Translations under genes and position numbers: made by a program
Notes under the pieces: generated by a model
Told to the model about the DNA's origin: nothing
The model's database searches: none
Seen by the model: only the letters and a program-made list of their open reading frames with translations
Assembly: GCA_965205015.1 (NCBI GenBank)
Contig: OZ242029.1
Coordinates: 3,424,001-3,488,000, forward strand
DNA: 64,000 nucleotides
Direction: 5' to 3'
Source of the DNA: Candidatus Poribacteria bacterium
GTDB lineage: Bacteria; Poribacteria; WGA-4E; WGA-3G
Part shown: positions 38,178 to 49,045 of the stretch, piece by piece
Numbering within the stretch: the stretch's first letter is position 1
Layout: the number at the start of each line of letters is the position of its first letter

Positions 38178-39323
38178 ATGAACATACAACCAACATTTAT
38201 CGAATTGCCATCAGCACCGATGCAGGAGATTTATCGCACGGTTCAGCAGGTTGCGGAATCAGACCTTCCGTTTTTCATTATGGGCGAAACGGGTGTGGGT
38301 AAGGAGGGGATCGCACGATACATCCACAAAAAGGGTCCCCGACGGGACAAACCTTTCATCGCTATCAACTGTGGGAGATTCACCTCCGAACTCCTACAAA
38401 GTGAGCTCTTTGGACATGAAGCAGGGGCGTTTACCGGGGCAGACCACCCGCGGCAGGGAGTATTTGAAAGGGCAGACGGTGGCACACTCTTTTTAGATGA
38501 GGTTATTGAGATGCCCTTGGAGGCACAGAAGATGCTCCTCCGTGTTTTGGATACGCGGACTTTCACACGCCTCGGCGGAAATGAGGACCTCACGACGGAT
38601 ATTCAGATTATCGCAGCGACAAATCGGAATATTGGAGAAACGGTTTTGAAAGCAGAGTTTAGAGCCGACCTTTTCTATCGCCTGATGGGCATGATGCTCG
38701 ATGTCCCACCGCTGCGGGATCGGCCCGAAGACATCGCTCCCTTAGTGACCACTTTTATTCACGACTTCAGCCCTGAACCTGGAAAAGGGGTGACGGGGAT
38801 TACACCAGAGGCACTCACTCGCCTTGAAAAAGCGGCCTGGCCCGGCAATATCCGCCAACTGAGAACGACGGTTCGAACAGCCATCTCGCTGGCGACCACC
38901 GATACACTTGAAGTTAAAGACTTCCCCTATAATTTTTTCACCGCCCCAGGCTTGGAAAACCCCCTCTCCGCGCTGGACATAAAAGGCAACACATCTACCT
39001 TCCCAGAATTTGTTCAGATACTCCTCTCTATATGGAAGACGCTTCCATCGGAGACACGACAGACGATTATTGGTGAACTCTCAACATATCTACCGGAGTT
39101 TTGGCGGAACTTCCAAACTTCCAATATCGCAACGCCAGACGAAAACGGAGAGCTTCTGAACATAAAAGATATGGATCAGCATGAAATTTTACGTGAGGTT
39201 GCTCAGAGGCGTATTGAGGCATACGCCTCCCTCAATAAGGCGGCACGCTCCTTAGGTATCGATATCCGGACCCTTCAAAAACATGCCCACTACGAAGATC
39301 ACGACGCTGCCTCAGAGAAATAA
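38178..39323 (+). CDS. Sigma-54 enhancer-binding protein lacking a sensory domain
   Basis: GETGVGKE, SELFGH, GAFTGA, LFLDEV, FRADLFYRL, WPGNIRQL, C-terminal HTH (NKAARSLGI). Confidence 0.92.
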   Translation: MNIQPTFIELPSAPMQEIYRTVQQVAESDLPFFIMGETGVGKEGIARYIHKKGPRRDKPFIAINCGRFTSELLQSELFGHEAGAFTGADHPRQGVFERADGGTLFLDEVIEMPLEAQKMLLRVLDTRTFTRLGGNEDLTTDIQIIAATNRNIGETVLKAEFRADLFYRLMGMMLDVPPLRDRPEDIAPLVTTFIHDFSPEPGKGVTGITPEALTRLEKAAWPGNIRQLRTTVRTAISLATTDTLEVKDFPYNFFTAPGLENPLSALDIKGNTSTFPEFVQILLSIWKTLPSETRQTIIGELSTYLPEFWRNFQTSNIATPDENGELLNIKDMDQHEILREVAQRRIEAYASLNKAARSLGIDIRTLQKHAHYEDHDAASEK

Positions 39324-39363
39324 AGGTATATTCTCAACCAAAATCCCTGACAGCCCGAGGCGA

Positions 39364-40869
39364 TTACGCCAGAGTTCGTTGTCGAATCTCATGCCAGGGA
39401 CCTGTAATCGCCAGCGTAATCCCGTGACTCTGAATGTTCACAAAAAGAGTCGTGCCATCGGGTGAGAACGTTGCCCCTGCAAGTTCAGACATGTTACCAG
39501 CGTTGCGAGCAAACCGATAGAGATGGCCTTCAGGCGTTATGCCAATTAAAAACTCCTCTTCTGGACCATCTTCGCAGATGATTAGATCACCCCACGGTGT
39601 GACAGTCAGGTTATCGGCGTTTTCCATGAGATTCCTGTCATTTGGCTCAACGAAGAGTTGAAGCGTGCCGGGTTCCTGTTCCTCGCGGCTTGTGCCTTCA
39701 TGCGGACTCGGCATGTATTTCCAAATCTGTCCTTTGTATGCAATGCCCCCATTCGTACAGGCAATATAGAATTCTCCGTGTTCTTGATTACTGCCGTACC
39801 AAATTCCTTCTCCGCGTGCGAACTTCGCCGCGTCTTTGCCTTCGGCACCCTGTATGCGGAGATCGTCGTTCGGCGATTCCACATTCTCAATATCTACCCA
39901 TTCGACTGCGAATGTTTCACCGACTGGAATCGGGTTGTACGTCCACGGAAAAATCTTCTGCGTTCGGCTTTTCCAATTTCGGGTATCTACGCTCTTCATA
40001 TCCCGAATCTTCAATGCCTGAAGTTTGCCGCCTGCCGCGAGTTCAGCCGCCCGGCCAGTGAAACGGTCTGGGATAAACCGATAGATTAAACCATCCCCTC
40101 TGTCTTCAGTTTCATAGACAATCCCGGTTTTCGGATCGACAGCGACTGCCTCATGATTGAAACGTCCCATCGCTTTCAGCGGGATCGGATCGGCCAATCC
40201 TATATCAGTGGAAACCGGCACCTCAAAATTGTACCCGTGGTCAACCTCGTAGGTCTCCTCCGCCTTTTGCATAGTTTCTTCACAGGTGATCCACGTATTC
40301 CAAGGCGTTAAGCCACCGGCACAATTCCGGATTGTCCCTATCAGACTCAAGAAGTGTTTCTCCAGCGTCTGTGTCCGTGTGTCGTAGACGAGTGTCGTCG
40401 TTCCACCGATACACGGCAGTTCCCCAGATCCTGCGTCATACAGTTTATCAGCGGCGGAGCGTTCAAGTTTTTCGTTATTCCATCCAAAGGGACCGACGTT
40501 TTTAGCGGTGGCGGTCAATTCGTGGTTTCGGACGAGGATAGTTTTGCCATTAGGACCTGGATATGCCGCCATGCCATCGTGTCCGCCCGGCACCCAGAGT
40601 CCATCGTCCATGATTTCACCTGTTCTCGAAAAAGCGTGTGCGGTAAACCCTTCCGGGAGGTCAAGCAGGCGATTCGGCGTCGGTGCAAACTCGAAAGGGG
40701 GTTCAGGTCCAAAACCCGGCACCTTTTGAATTAATGCGTTGCCACACCCTAAAAATCCCAGACTGACTGCTGTCGATGCAGCCGAGAGGGTGCCATACCG
40801 TAGAAATTGTCGTCGAGATAGTTTATGTCTGTGCTGCTTGCGAGCAGAAACTTGTTGTGTAGAAGTCAT
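39364..40869 (-). CDS. phoX: Tat-exported PhoX (DUF839) alkaline phosphatase
   Basis: SRRQFL Tat motif, RNHE, NCAGG.TPW.TW.TCEE, GRFNHEA, DNLTV..GDLIICED, FVNIQ. Confidence 0.88.
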   Translation of the reverse strand: MTSTQQVSARKQHRHKLSRRQFLRYGTLSAASTAVSLGFLGCGNALIQKVPGFGPEPPFEFAPTPNRLLDLPEGFTAHAFSRTGEIMDDGLWVPGGHDGMAAYPGPNGKTILVRNHELTATAKNVGPFGWNNEKLERSAADKLYDAGSGELPCIGGTTTLVYDTRTQTLEKHFLSLIGTIRNCAGGLTPWNTWITCEETMQKAEETYEVDHGYNFEVPVSTDIGLADPIPLKAMGRFNHEAVAVDPKTGIVYETEDRGDGLIYRFIPDRFTGRAAELAAGGKLQALKIRDMKSVDTRNWKSRTQKIFPWTYNPIPVGETFAVEWVDIENVESPNDDLRIQGAEGKDAAKFARGEGIWYGSNQEHGEFYIACTNGGIAYKGQIWKYMPSPHEGTSREEQEPGTLQLFVEPNDRNLMENADNLTVTPWGDLIICEDGPEEEFLIGITPEGHLYRFARNAGNMSELAGATFSPDGTTLFVNIQSHGITLAITGPWHEIRQRTLA

Positions 40870-41016
40870 AAAGTGCCCTCACCAAGCGTCAGAGTGGTAA
40901 TTGAGATCATTATACTGTAGACGATACGCACTGTTTTCACTTACATCATAAAGTATAGCATTAAAATTTTACAATATTATTTATTTTTTTTCAAAAGTTT
41001 GTGGCAAATAATCAAG

Positions 41017-41046
41017 TTGACAGTGATTCGCTAATTGGATTATAAT
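41017..41046 (+). promoter_or_regulatory. Consensus sigma70 promoter
   Basis: TTGACA-N18-TATAAT. Confidence 0.7.
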
Positions 41047-41071
41047 ATGTTGTGAAAGGAATTAACCAGAT

Positions 41072-43462
41072 ATGCGATTCACCTATTTTGTGCCAGGGTG
41101 GGGGGTTGTGCTCGGTATCGGTGTTGTCATCGGTATAACGGTATTCGTTTATTTCCGGATAGCGCGTCCATTACACCCGAGGTATAGATTATTGCTCATT
41201 CTGCTGCGGGTCGCTGCAGCGTCGATTCTGCTCGGTTGTCTCTTAGCCCCTGTTGTCATAGAAAAGAAAGACATCACACCACCGACGCACCTCTCCATTT
41301 TGGTGGATACCTCGCGAAGTATGCAACTCGTCGATACATCCATGAGCGAGATACCTATATCAAGACTCAATCAGGTGAATCAACAGCTTTTCAATGGTAC
41401 AGGGCAATTTCTGCAGACCTTACGAGATAGGTTTGAAGTTCATCTCTATCCCTTTAATACGCGATTGCAACGAAGTGTCCTATTGGCACAAGAGGGGGAT
41501 TCTCCACTGCCACCCTTTGAGGTGGAAGGAACCCTTACGGATATTGGAGGGGCTATACGGGAAACCGTGGCAGCATGGAAAGGACAACAAACTGCTGGGA
41601 TTGTCCTTATTACGGACGGTGCACACAATTCTGGGCAATTCCCTTTGGAGACAATCACCGCATTGGAGGTGCCGATCTACCCAATAGGTGTCGGTTCTGT
41701 GGAACCGCCAAAAGACGTTCAGGTTCAGCGTGTCGATTACACCCCCGTCGCTTACACAAACCATGAGAGTGTTATTCGTGTGAGTGTTGTGCAAACGGGG
41801 TACACCGGTAAAACGACACAGTTGTCGCTACGGGAAGTAGAAAGTAACACCCTTGTGGATGCTGTAACGTTCACCTTCAACGCTCATCAGGACGTAAACG
41901 CTATCGAGACCCGTACAAAACAGCGGATTGAACTGAAGTTAACACCGCAGTCAGAAGGTAACTTTCAATACACAGTTACACTTCCGACGCTTGATGGTGA
42001 ACTTACGGAGGCGAACAATCAAAAGACGTTTTCGGTGAAGGTTGTGAAGGCAAGGCTGAACGTTTTCTATCTCGAAGGCAGACCCAGATGGGACTACACC
42101 TTTTTGAAACGAACATTGGAACGAGATCCGGATATTGAGGCTACCTGTGCGATTTTATCGTCTAATAGATTAAAGCAGCTGCCTGTAGATAACGTCCTCA
42201 AGCGTTTAGATGGATATTATCCGCAAGCGACGCCAGTATCGGAGACGCCGCAGTTCCCCGAAACGCTCACTGAGCTTTCTAACTACGATGTGTTAATTTT
42301 GGGTGATTTAGGGGCTGAGCATCTTACCAAAACCCAACAACGCGCAATCGTCGATTTTGTTGAGACGCAGGGAAAGCCGGTTATCTTTCTACCCTCTCGG
42401 AACATGCTCGGCGTGAATGGGTTCCAAAATACAGAATTAGCATCTCTTTTACCGATTGACATTCCCAGGAATGGATGTCGTGTAGAAGATGCGGAATTTA
42501 CGCTACAATTAACCCAATCTGGGGCGTTTCATCCAATGTTACAACTTTCGGAAACCTCGTCACCGACGGAGACCGATAGCCGGCAACTGATAGCCAATAT
42601 GCCAGCGTTGCCACGATTCTTCAGTGGGTTTCGTCTCAGGGGTGGCGCGACGGCTTTGATGGACAATGGGAAAGGCATGCCTATTCTGATTCTCCAGAGA
42701 GCCGGTTTAGGCAAAAGTCTACTGATTGCCACCGAGGGCTTCTATAATTGGGATTTTGGTGTTAAAACCTTTAAAGATAGACGTTATCACACAATCTATC
42801 CTCGTTTTTGGGCACAGGTGCTGCGGTGGATGGCAACGAATACCGATGACAAAAACGTATATCTTACGACAGATGCTTCTACTTATGCGATAGGAGATAC
42901 CGTGAAGGTTACAGCGTATCTCTATTCTGAAACCTATCAACCACAAGCGGGAGCAACAGTCGAGATCGAAGTGGTGCCGCCTGATGGGGTTCCCTTCCAA
43001 GTGAATAGTTCTCGGTCATCGGTTGTCAGTTCTCAGTTAGGAGGTGAGTCTGCCATACCAGATTCTTCCTTAACCGACGACCGGGAACCGGCAACTGACA
43101 GCCACTTTACTGCCCGATTTGTGCTTCTACAAAAGGGGAAGTACCGTATTCGCGCAACGGGTCGGAATGCCAATCTGAAATTAGGTGAGGATCAAATAGA
43201 TATTTATGCGCATCCGCAGCTTGCCGAATTGGAGAATCCGCAGCTCAATGAAGACTTATTGAAGCAACTTGCAGGACAAACGGGCGGTGCCTATTTTACA
43301 ATCGCTGACGTTGAATCGGTCCCTGAAAACATTGCGAATGTCCAAAACCCAATATTCGTTGATGCAGAACGTGATCTCTGGGCACACCCTTTAGTTCTTA
43401 TCACAGTTGTCGGGTTATTGGGGGCTGAATGGTTTTTGCGTAAACGGGTTGGACTCACTTAG
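41072..43462 (+). CDS. Membrane VWA-like plus GATase-like protein
   Basis: DTSRSM, LITDG, EGRPRWDYTFLKR..LERD, FWAQVLRW, EWFLRKRVGL. Confidence 0.82.
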   Translation: MRFTYFVPGWGVVLGIGVVIGITVFVYFRIARPLHPRYRLLLILLRVAAASILLGCLLAPVVIEKKDITPPTHLSILVDTSRSMQLVDTSMSEIPISRLNQVNQQLFNGTGQFLQTLRDRFEVHLYPFNTRLQRSVLLAQEGDSPLPPFEVEGTLTDIGGAIRETVAAWKGQQTAGIVLITDGAHNSGQFPLETITALEVPIYPIGVGSVEPPKDVQVQRVDYTPVAYTNHESVIRVSVVQTGYTGKTTQLSLREVESNTLVDAVTFTFNAHQDVNAIETRTKQRIELKLTPQSEGNFQYTVTLPTLDGELTEANNQKTFSVKVVKARLNVFYLEGRPRWDYTFLKRTLERDPDIEATCAILSSNRLKQLPVDNVLKRLDGYYPQATPVSETPQFPETLTELSNYDVLILGDLGAEHLTKTQQRAIVDFVETQGKPVIFLPSRNMLGVNGFQNTELASLLPIDIPRNGCRVEDAEFTLQLTQSGAFHPMLQLSETSSPTETDSRQLIANMPALPRFFSGFRLRGGATALMDNGKGMPILILQRAGLGKSLLIATEGFYNWDFGVKTFKDRRYHTIYPRFWAQVLRWMATNTDDKNVYLTTDASTYAIGDTVKVTAYLYSETYQPQAGATVEIEVVPPDGVPFQVNSSRSSVVSSQLGGESAIPDSSLTDDREPATDSHFTARFVLLQKGKYRIRATGRNANLKLGEDQIDIYAHPQLAELENPQLNEDLLKQLAGQTGGAYFTIADVESVPENIANVQNPIFVDAERDLWAHPLVLITVVGLLGAEWFLRKRVGLT

Positions 43463-43558
43463 GAGGACCCTTGAATTATGATAAACCCGAAAAATAAACA
43501 GACACCTCGTAGGGTCAGGTCTTGTACCTGCCCGTCAATGCCCTGAAAGAGTAGAACG

Positions 43559-44251
43559 ATGCGCAAAAACTTGATAGGTAAAAAAATTTGGATATGTTGT
43601 TTCCTTTTCTGCGCCGTGATCGGGGTACAGGTGAAACGGAATTTGCAGGCTTCGGGGGTTCCCATAACTATTGCCCAGGTTCACTATAGTGGGGGTGGTG
43701 ATTGGTACGGTGATGCAACGGTTATCAAAAACTGGCTCCAACTCCTCCGAAACCGGACAGATATTGAAACCGATACGGACAGGGTCATTATTAAGTTGAC
43801 CGATCATACCCTTTACCAATATCCGATACTCTATCTCGTAGGGCACGGGAATATCCGATTGACTGAAAGTGAGGTCGAGGCATTACGGGATTATCTCAAG
43901 AACGGGGGTTTTCTGTTCGCGAATGATGATTACGGACTTGACAAAAGTTTTCGTCGTGAAATGCGGCGCGTATTTCCAGAGCAGGAACTACAACCTATCC
44001 CAAGCACGCATCTGATTTATCGCTGTTTCTACGAATTGAAAGGACTCCCTAAGATTCATGAACACGACGCTGAACCCGCACAAGGGTTTGGACTTTTTCA
44101 TGATGGACGTATGGTCGTTTACTATGCCTACAGTGCTGATATCGGTGATGGACTCGAGGATGCCGGTGTACATCCGGATGATACACCTCAGGTCCGAGAA
44201 TTCGCTGCGAAAATGGCGGTAAATATTGCTGTATATGCGCTAACTCACTAA
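43559..44251 (+). CDS. DUF4159 domain protein
   Basis: GGGDWY, YPILYLVGHG, LRDYL.NGGFLFANDDYG, PKIHEHD, DIGDG. Confidence 0.85.
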   Translation: MRKNLIGKKIWICCFLFCAVIGVQVKRNLQASGVPITIAQVHYSGGGDWYGDATVIKNWLQLLRNRTDIETDTDRVIIKLTDHTLYQYPILYLVGHGNIRLTESEVEALRDYLKNGGFLFANDDYGLDKSFRREMRRVFPEQELQPIPSTHLIYRCFYELKGLPKIHEHDAEPAQGFGLFHDGRMVVYYAYSADIGDGLEDAGVHPDDTPQVREFAAKMAVNIAVYALTH

Positions 44252-44264
44252 AGGACGCGATGAA

Positions 44265-47200
44265 ATGGACAGACAAAATGTGAATGCGGCTTATGAAAAT
44301 GTTGTTGGTCGGTTGCGTACGATTCGACGACAGTGGCGGTGGCTCACTTTCTCTGAAGGACTCCTGAAGTGCCTCGGTATTCTTGCCCTTGTGATGGCGG
44401 GGACACTTATCGTTTTAGCGGTGAGTGTCCAGTTATGGCAGTCCCCGTTCTCACGCTGGATACGCATTGCGATCCTCCTATTATCAATAGGAGCGGCGGT
44501 CTATGCAGTCATTCGAAGCTTCGTCCTGCCTCTCCGTCAGAAACTGACGGACGCCGCTGTCGCGTCGCGCCTTGAATCGGCGCAAACAGAGGCAGCCTTT
44601 GCCGCTGAAAACCGGATTCTCAGTGCTGTCCAGCTGTGGAAGACTTTGGAGGATAATCGACTTGGGTATGCCCCAGAATTCGTTGAGCATCTGATTGTAC
44701 AAGCCAGTCGGGATATAGAGCAGGTGCAACATAAACAGGTATTTCAACCCGAATTTCGGAAGATTCGGCGGAATGCAGGTGTTGCTGTCGGCGGAATCGT
44801 CCTACTCCTCGCGACACATTTTCTTTTACCGACCGCGTTTACAGGCTTTGCACAGGCGTTTCAGACCTTACCAAGAACGCTGCAGGACGATCAGGTATAT
44901 CTGAAGAAGTCCATTCAGATTACGAACATCCAACCCGGTGATATCCAAATTGAACGGGGTGCCGATGTTAACGTAACTGCTGAAATAGGCGGACATCTTG
45001 GGACTCCTGTCTCACTTTACTACCGCGTTAGCGATGAAAATGAAGGACAGTCTTCAGTTAAGAGCGGGACGTTAGATGAAACCCCCTTGGTTGACCGACA
45101 ACTGACAACCGATAACCGTACTTCAGCAGAATGGCAATCGTTGCCGATGCACCCTACACCCATGGATGTCGGTCGTGGCTTTCAAGGTGCCGAGATGTTG
45201 ACACCCTACCGCGCGACGCTTGAAAATGTGGTACGTCCGCTGCAATACTATATTTCCGTCAACGGGGTAACATCGGAACAGTATCAAATAACGATCAGTA
45301 ATGAACCGATTGTCACGCAATTCCAGTATCGACTCAATTATCCTTCCTACACGCAGCTGCAGTCCCAGACCCTCCCAGCAAACATCGGGGACATCCAAGT
45401 GCTTTTCGGAACAGAGGTTGTGTTCACTGGAGAGAGTAATAAATCGCTTCAAAAGGCACACATCGCTTTTGAAGCGTCAGGTAATGTCCCGTTGGAGATT
45501 ACGGAACGGCAGTTACAAGAGACGATTACACAGGATAGAGAAATGGAAGAATGGAAGAATGGAAGGGGGGATGCCTCTAATCTTCCAGCCTTCCAACCTT
45601 CCAACCCTCCGACCGCCGTATCCCAAATAATACAAGGATCTTTTATTGCTCGACAGAGTGAAAATTATCGTATCCACATTACCGACGTTGATGGGTTCAC
45701 GAATCGAAACCCCGTTAACCGGACGATGACCGTTTTTGAAGATGCTGTGCCTGAAGTCAATATTGTCGCACCGGCACGGGACACCGTTTTAGACGATGCG
45801 ATGTTGGTTGCGCTAAAGGTGGAGGCTACAGACGATTACGGCATACAGGAACTTCAATTGGTATATCGCGTTGAGAGTGAAGGCGTTGAGGCGGTAAATG
45901 TGCCTTTAAAGCGTTGGGACGTAGCGGACGCGCCCTCACACAGATCGGTCTTTGTGGCATACACGTGGGATGTCGATCGGATCGGTATGTTCCCCGGCGA
46001 AACACTCGCGTATTACGTTCAAGCCTTAGATATCGACGACGTCTCAGGACCGAATATCGGTAAATCTCATACCTATACACTCCGTTTTCCTTCTCTCTCG
46101 GAGTTATACGATGCTGTTGCTGCAGAACAGGAAACCGAACAGCGAGGACTTGAAGAACTCGTTGACGAGCAAGCAGACGCGACCGGTCTGGTTGACACGC
46201 TCCTCGATAAAATTAGGAAGCGCCACGAGCTGACTCTTAATGACGAAAACCTGATGCAACAGGTGCTTGAGAATCAGAAAGAGATTGAGGAGACAGCGAA
46301 GCAACTCATCGAAAACATGAAGGAAACGGCAGAAGAGATGGAACAGAACCAACTCTTCGATGCTGAGACGATTGAGAAGTATCAAGAACTGCAAGATCTG
46401 ATGGAGAAAGCACTGTCTGAAGAACATAAAGAACTCCTGCGAAAGTTATCAGAAGCACTCGCGAACCAGCAGGTGGACGAGCAGGAGAGTTCAATGGCGG
46501 AAGCGAATCTCAGTCAGGAGCAGTTCTTGCAACAATTGGAACGTGCCAAATCGCTCTATGAGCAGATTCTCCTCGAACAGGAACTCGAAGCGGCAGCAAA
46601 ACAAGCAAAGGCACTCGCCGAGCGCCAGAAGCAGTTGATGGATACGTTGGAGGCGTTGGAACAGTCCGCCCCTACAACGGATATCGCGGAAAAAGAGGAC
46701 CGAGTGTCGGATGAATTCAACCAGCTCAGCGAGAAGTTGGAGGAACTCGGCACAAAAATGGGGGAACTTGCCCGAAATCAGGAGAACGCGCCGCCACAGA
46801 TAGAACGCCTCGCCGATGAAATCATACGACTCAATCAATTTGCGCACGAGCATCACCTGTCTGAAATGCTCAAGGCGACCAGTGAGAACCTCCGAGGTGG
46901 ACAGAACAGGGAAGCTCTCGAATCCGGACGAGGCGCAGAACAGACGCTCGTAGAACTCGCACAGGGTTTGGATAACGCCTTGGCGTTCATGGAAGGTGCG
47001 AACGCCAACGAAACTTTGACCGCACTACAGGAAGCCGTTGAAAGTGGACTCTACCTTTCACATCTTCACGAGGCGGTCCTCACGCAGACGAACGACATCC
47101 TCGTCGCTGGGCAGGCTAATGCTTACATTTCAAGTGAGATTGTGCGATTGCAAGGACTTGCCGCGGATGAACTCAGCACAGCAGAGAGTATCACGCAGCT

Positions 47201-47987
47201 TTCCAGTAAACTTTGGGAGTTGGGGAACCGGCAGATACAGGTGCCACCTGAAGCCATATTCCATCTTAACGCCTCTAACGATGCCCTCTCCCGTGCGGCG
47301 CGTGCTTTAGAGGATAGGCAGCCAAGCCTCGCAGTGCCGATCCAAAAAGCCGCCCTCGCTGATCTGAATCAGGCAGTCTTTGAACTCCTTGAGGCGATGG
47401 GACAGATGAACCAACAGATGGGGTCCAGTGGGTTTGAAAACATGATGGAGCAGCTGCAGCAGCTCGCCGAGAGTCAAGAGCAGCTGAACCAGATGGCACA
47501 GAATCTGAATCAGCAGATGCGAGAACAGGGACGGACGCCAGGACTTGAACAGATGATGCGTCAACTCGCTGCGCAACAGCAGTTAATCCGAGAGGCAACC
47601 GAACGGATTGCTGAACGCGCAGAGCAGATGGCACAGATGCTCGGCAGTCTTGAGGATGTCGCTGAGGAGATGACTGAGGTTGAGAAGGCACTCCGTCAAG
47701 GTGAACTCGATGAGGAGGTCCTCGATAGACAAGCACAAATTCTGACGCGGATGCTTGACAGTCTAAAATCGTTGCAGAAACGGGATGTCGGCAAACAGCG
47801 CAAAGCCGAGGTAGCGGAGAGACCTGAAACACCTGCCCAGGAAGTACCGCCTTTGCATCCTGAACTCCTCGAAGTCGTTCGGAAATTAGAAACCACGCCT
47901 TATGCAAAGGAATTTGAAGATATTCCGTTCCAGTATCGGAAACAGCTGCTTCAGTATTTCAAGGCACTTTCACAGAAGACGCAGTAA
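44265..47987 (+). CDS. DUF4175-like large membrane/coiled-coil protein
   Basis: N-terminal TM helices, YPSYT, ATDDYGI, long Gln/Glu coiled coil, IP.QYRKQL.QYFKAL. Confidence 0.8.
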   Translation: MDRQNVNAAYENVVGRLRTIRRQWRWLTFSEGLLKCLGILALVMAGTLIVLAVSVQLWQSPFSRWIRIAILLLSIGAAVYAVIRSFVLPLRQKLTDAAVASRLESAQTEAAFAAENRILSAVQLWKTLEDNRLGYAPEFVEHLIVQASRDIEQVQHKQVFQPEFRKIRRNAGVAVGGIVLLLATHFLLPTAFTGFAQAFQTLPRTLQDDQVYLKKSIQITNIQPGDIQIERGADVNVTAEIGGHLGTPVSLYYRVSDENEGQSSVKSGTLDETPLVDRQLTTDNRTSAEWQSLPMHPTPMDVGRGFQGAEMLTPYRATLENVVRPLQYYISVNGVTSEQYQITISNEPIVTQFQYRLNYPSYTQLQSQTLPANIGDIQVLFGTEVVFTGESNKSLQKAHIAFEASGNVPLEITERQLQETITQDREMEEWKNGRGDASNLPAFQPSNPPTAVSQIIQGSFIARQSENYRIHITDVDGFTNRNPVNRTMTVFEDAVPEVNIVAPARDTVLDDAMLVALKVEATDDYGIQELQLVYRVESEGVEAVNVPLKRWDVADAPSHRSVFVAYTWDVDRIGMFPGETLAYYVQALDIDDVSGPNIGKSHTYTLRFPSLSELYDAVAAEQETEQRGLEELVDEQADATGLVDTLLDKIRKRHELTLNDENLMQQVLENQKEIEETAKQLIENMKETAEEMEQNQLFDAETIEKYQELQDLMEKALSEEHKELLRKLSEALANQQVDEQESSMAEANLSQEQFLQQLERAKSLYEQILLEQELEAAAKQAKALAERQKQLMDTLEALEQSAPTTDIAEKEDRVSDEFNQLSEKLEELGTKMGELARNQENAPPQIERLADEIIRLNQFAHEHHLSEMLKATSENLRGGQNREALESGRGAEQTLVELAQGLDNALAFMEGANANETLTALQEAVESGLYLSHLHEAVLTQTNDILVAGQANAYISSEIVRLQGLAADELSTAESITQLSSKLWELGNRQIQVPPEAIFHLNASNDALSRAARALEDRQPSLAVPIQKAALADLNQAVFELLEAMGQMNQQMGSSGFENMMEQLQQLAESQEQLNQMAQNLNQQMREQGRTPGLEQMMRQLAAQQQLIREATERIAERAEQMAQMLGSLEDVAEEMTEVEKALRQGELDEEVLDRQAQILTRMLDSLKSLQKRDVGKQRKAEVAERPETPAQEVPPLHPELLEVVRKLETTPYAKEFEDIPFQYRKQLLQYFKALSQKTQ

Positions 47988-48028
47988 CCACATTCATGTC
48001 TGTATGCGTGTGAACGAAAGGGAAAAAA

Positions 48029-49045
48029 ATGAGAACAGTCGTTAGCATCGTTGACGATGCGTTTTACATCAATGGAGAAATTACCTATCCGGGACGTGCC
48101 TACCAAGGGAACAAGATTGAGGGATTGCTTCTCAACACCCGTATGGTGCAAGGCATCTTTGATGACCGGAATCCTGAAACAGTACATCTCTGGAAATATC
48201 CAGATACAGGTGAATGGGATCCAGAGCGCAATACGCGTGAATTTCTATCGGCAATGCCGACATGGCGCGCACATGGCGTATTGGCGTTCACCCTTAACCT
48301 CCAAGGCGGCAGTCCCGAAGGGTACTCCAAAGCACAGCCGTGGCACAACTCCGGTATAGAAGCCGACGGTAGTCTGAATGCGGATTACCTATCGCGACTT
48401 GAACGGATCATCGACTTTGCTGATGCACTCGGTATGGTTGTGATCCTCGGCTATTTCTACTTTGGACAGGACCATCGGATCGCTGATGAAAATGCTGTCA
48501 AAAACGCCGTTGACAACGCAACGGGTTGGCTCTTTGACAAAGGATATACCAACGTTATCGTTGAGGTAAACAACGAGTGCAACGTGAGATACTCACACGA
48601 AATTCTGCAGCCGCAACGGGTGCATGAGTTAATCGAACGCGTGAAAGCAACGACACGTAATGGCGATAGATTCCTCGTCGGGACGAGTTACGGTGGGGGT
48701 AGAGTGCCGCTTGAGAACGTCGTCCGTGCTTCTGATTTCCTGCTTGTCCACGGAAACGGCGTGAGTGATCCCAACCGCATCATTGAGATGGTGCAACAGA
48801 CGCGTGAGGTGCCGGGTTATCGTCCGATGCCGATCCTTTTCAACGAAGACGACCATTTCGATTTCGATAAACCTTTGAACAACTGCGTCGCTGCTGTCAG
48901 CCAATATGCGTCATGGGGTTACTTCGACCCGGGCGAGAACGACTATTGCAACGGCTACCAATCCGTGCCAGTGCAATGGCAGATTAACACACCGCGTAAA
49001 CGCGCCTTTTTTCACAAAATTCGCGACATCACGGAAAACATCTGA
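48029..49045 (+). CDS. Glycoside-hydrolase-like TIM-barrel protein (GH5-like)
   Basis: FYINGE, VNNE (acid/base-like), ILFNED, SWGYFD. Confidence 0.6.
   Translation: MRTVVSIVDDAFYINGEITYPGRAYQGNKIEGLLLNTRMVQGIFDDRNPETVHLWKYPDTGEWDPERNTREFLSAMPTWRAHGVLAFTLNLQGGSPEGYSKAQPWHNSGIEADGSLNADYLSRLERIIDFADALGMVVILGYFYFGQDHRIADENAVKNAVDNATGWLFDKGYTNVIVEVNNECNVRYSHEILQPQRVHELIERVKATTRNGDRFLVGTSYGGGRVPLENVVRASDFLLVHGNGVSDPNRIIEMVQQTREVPGYRPMPILFNEDDHFDFDKPLNNCVAAVSQYASWGYFDPGENDYCNGYQSVPVQWQINTPRKRAFFHKIRDITENI

Noticed and set aside
41072-47987. VWA/DUF4159/DUF4175 cluster as a new system
   Set aside because: This gene association is widespread in other bacteria; uncharacterised but not new here.
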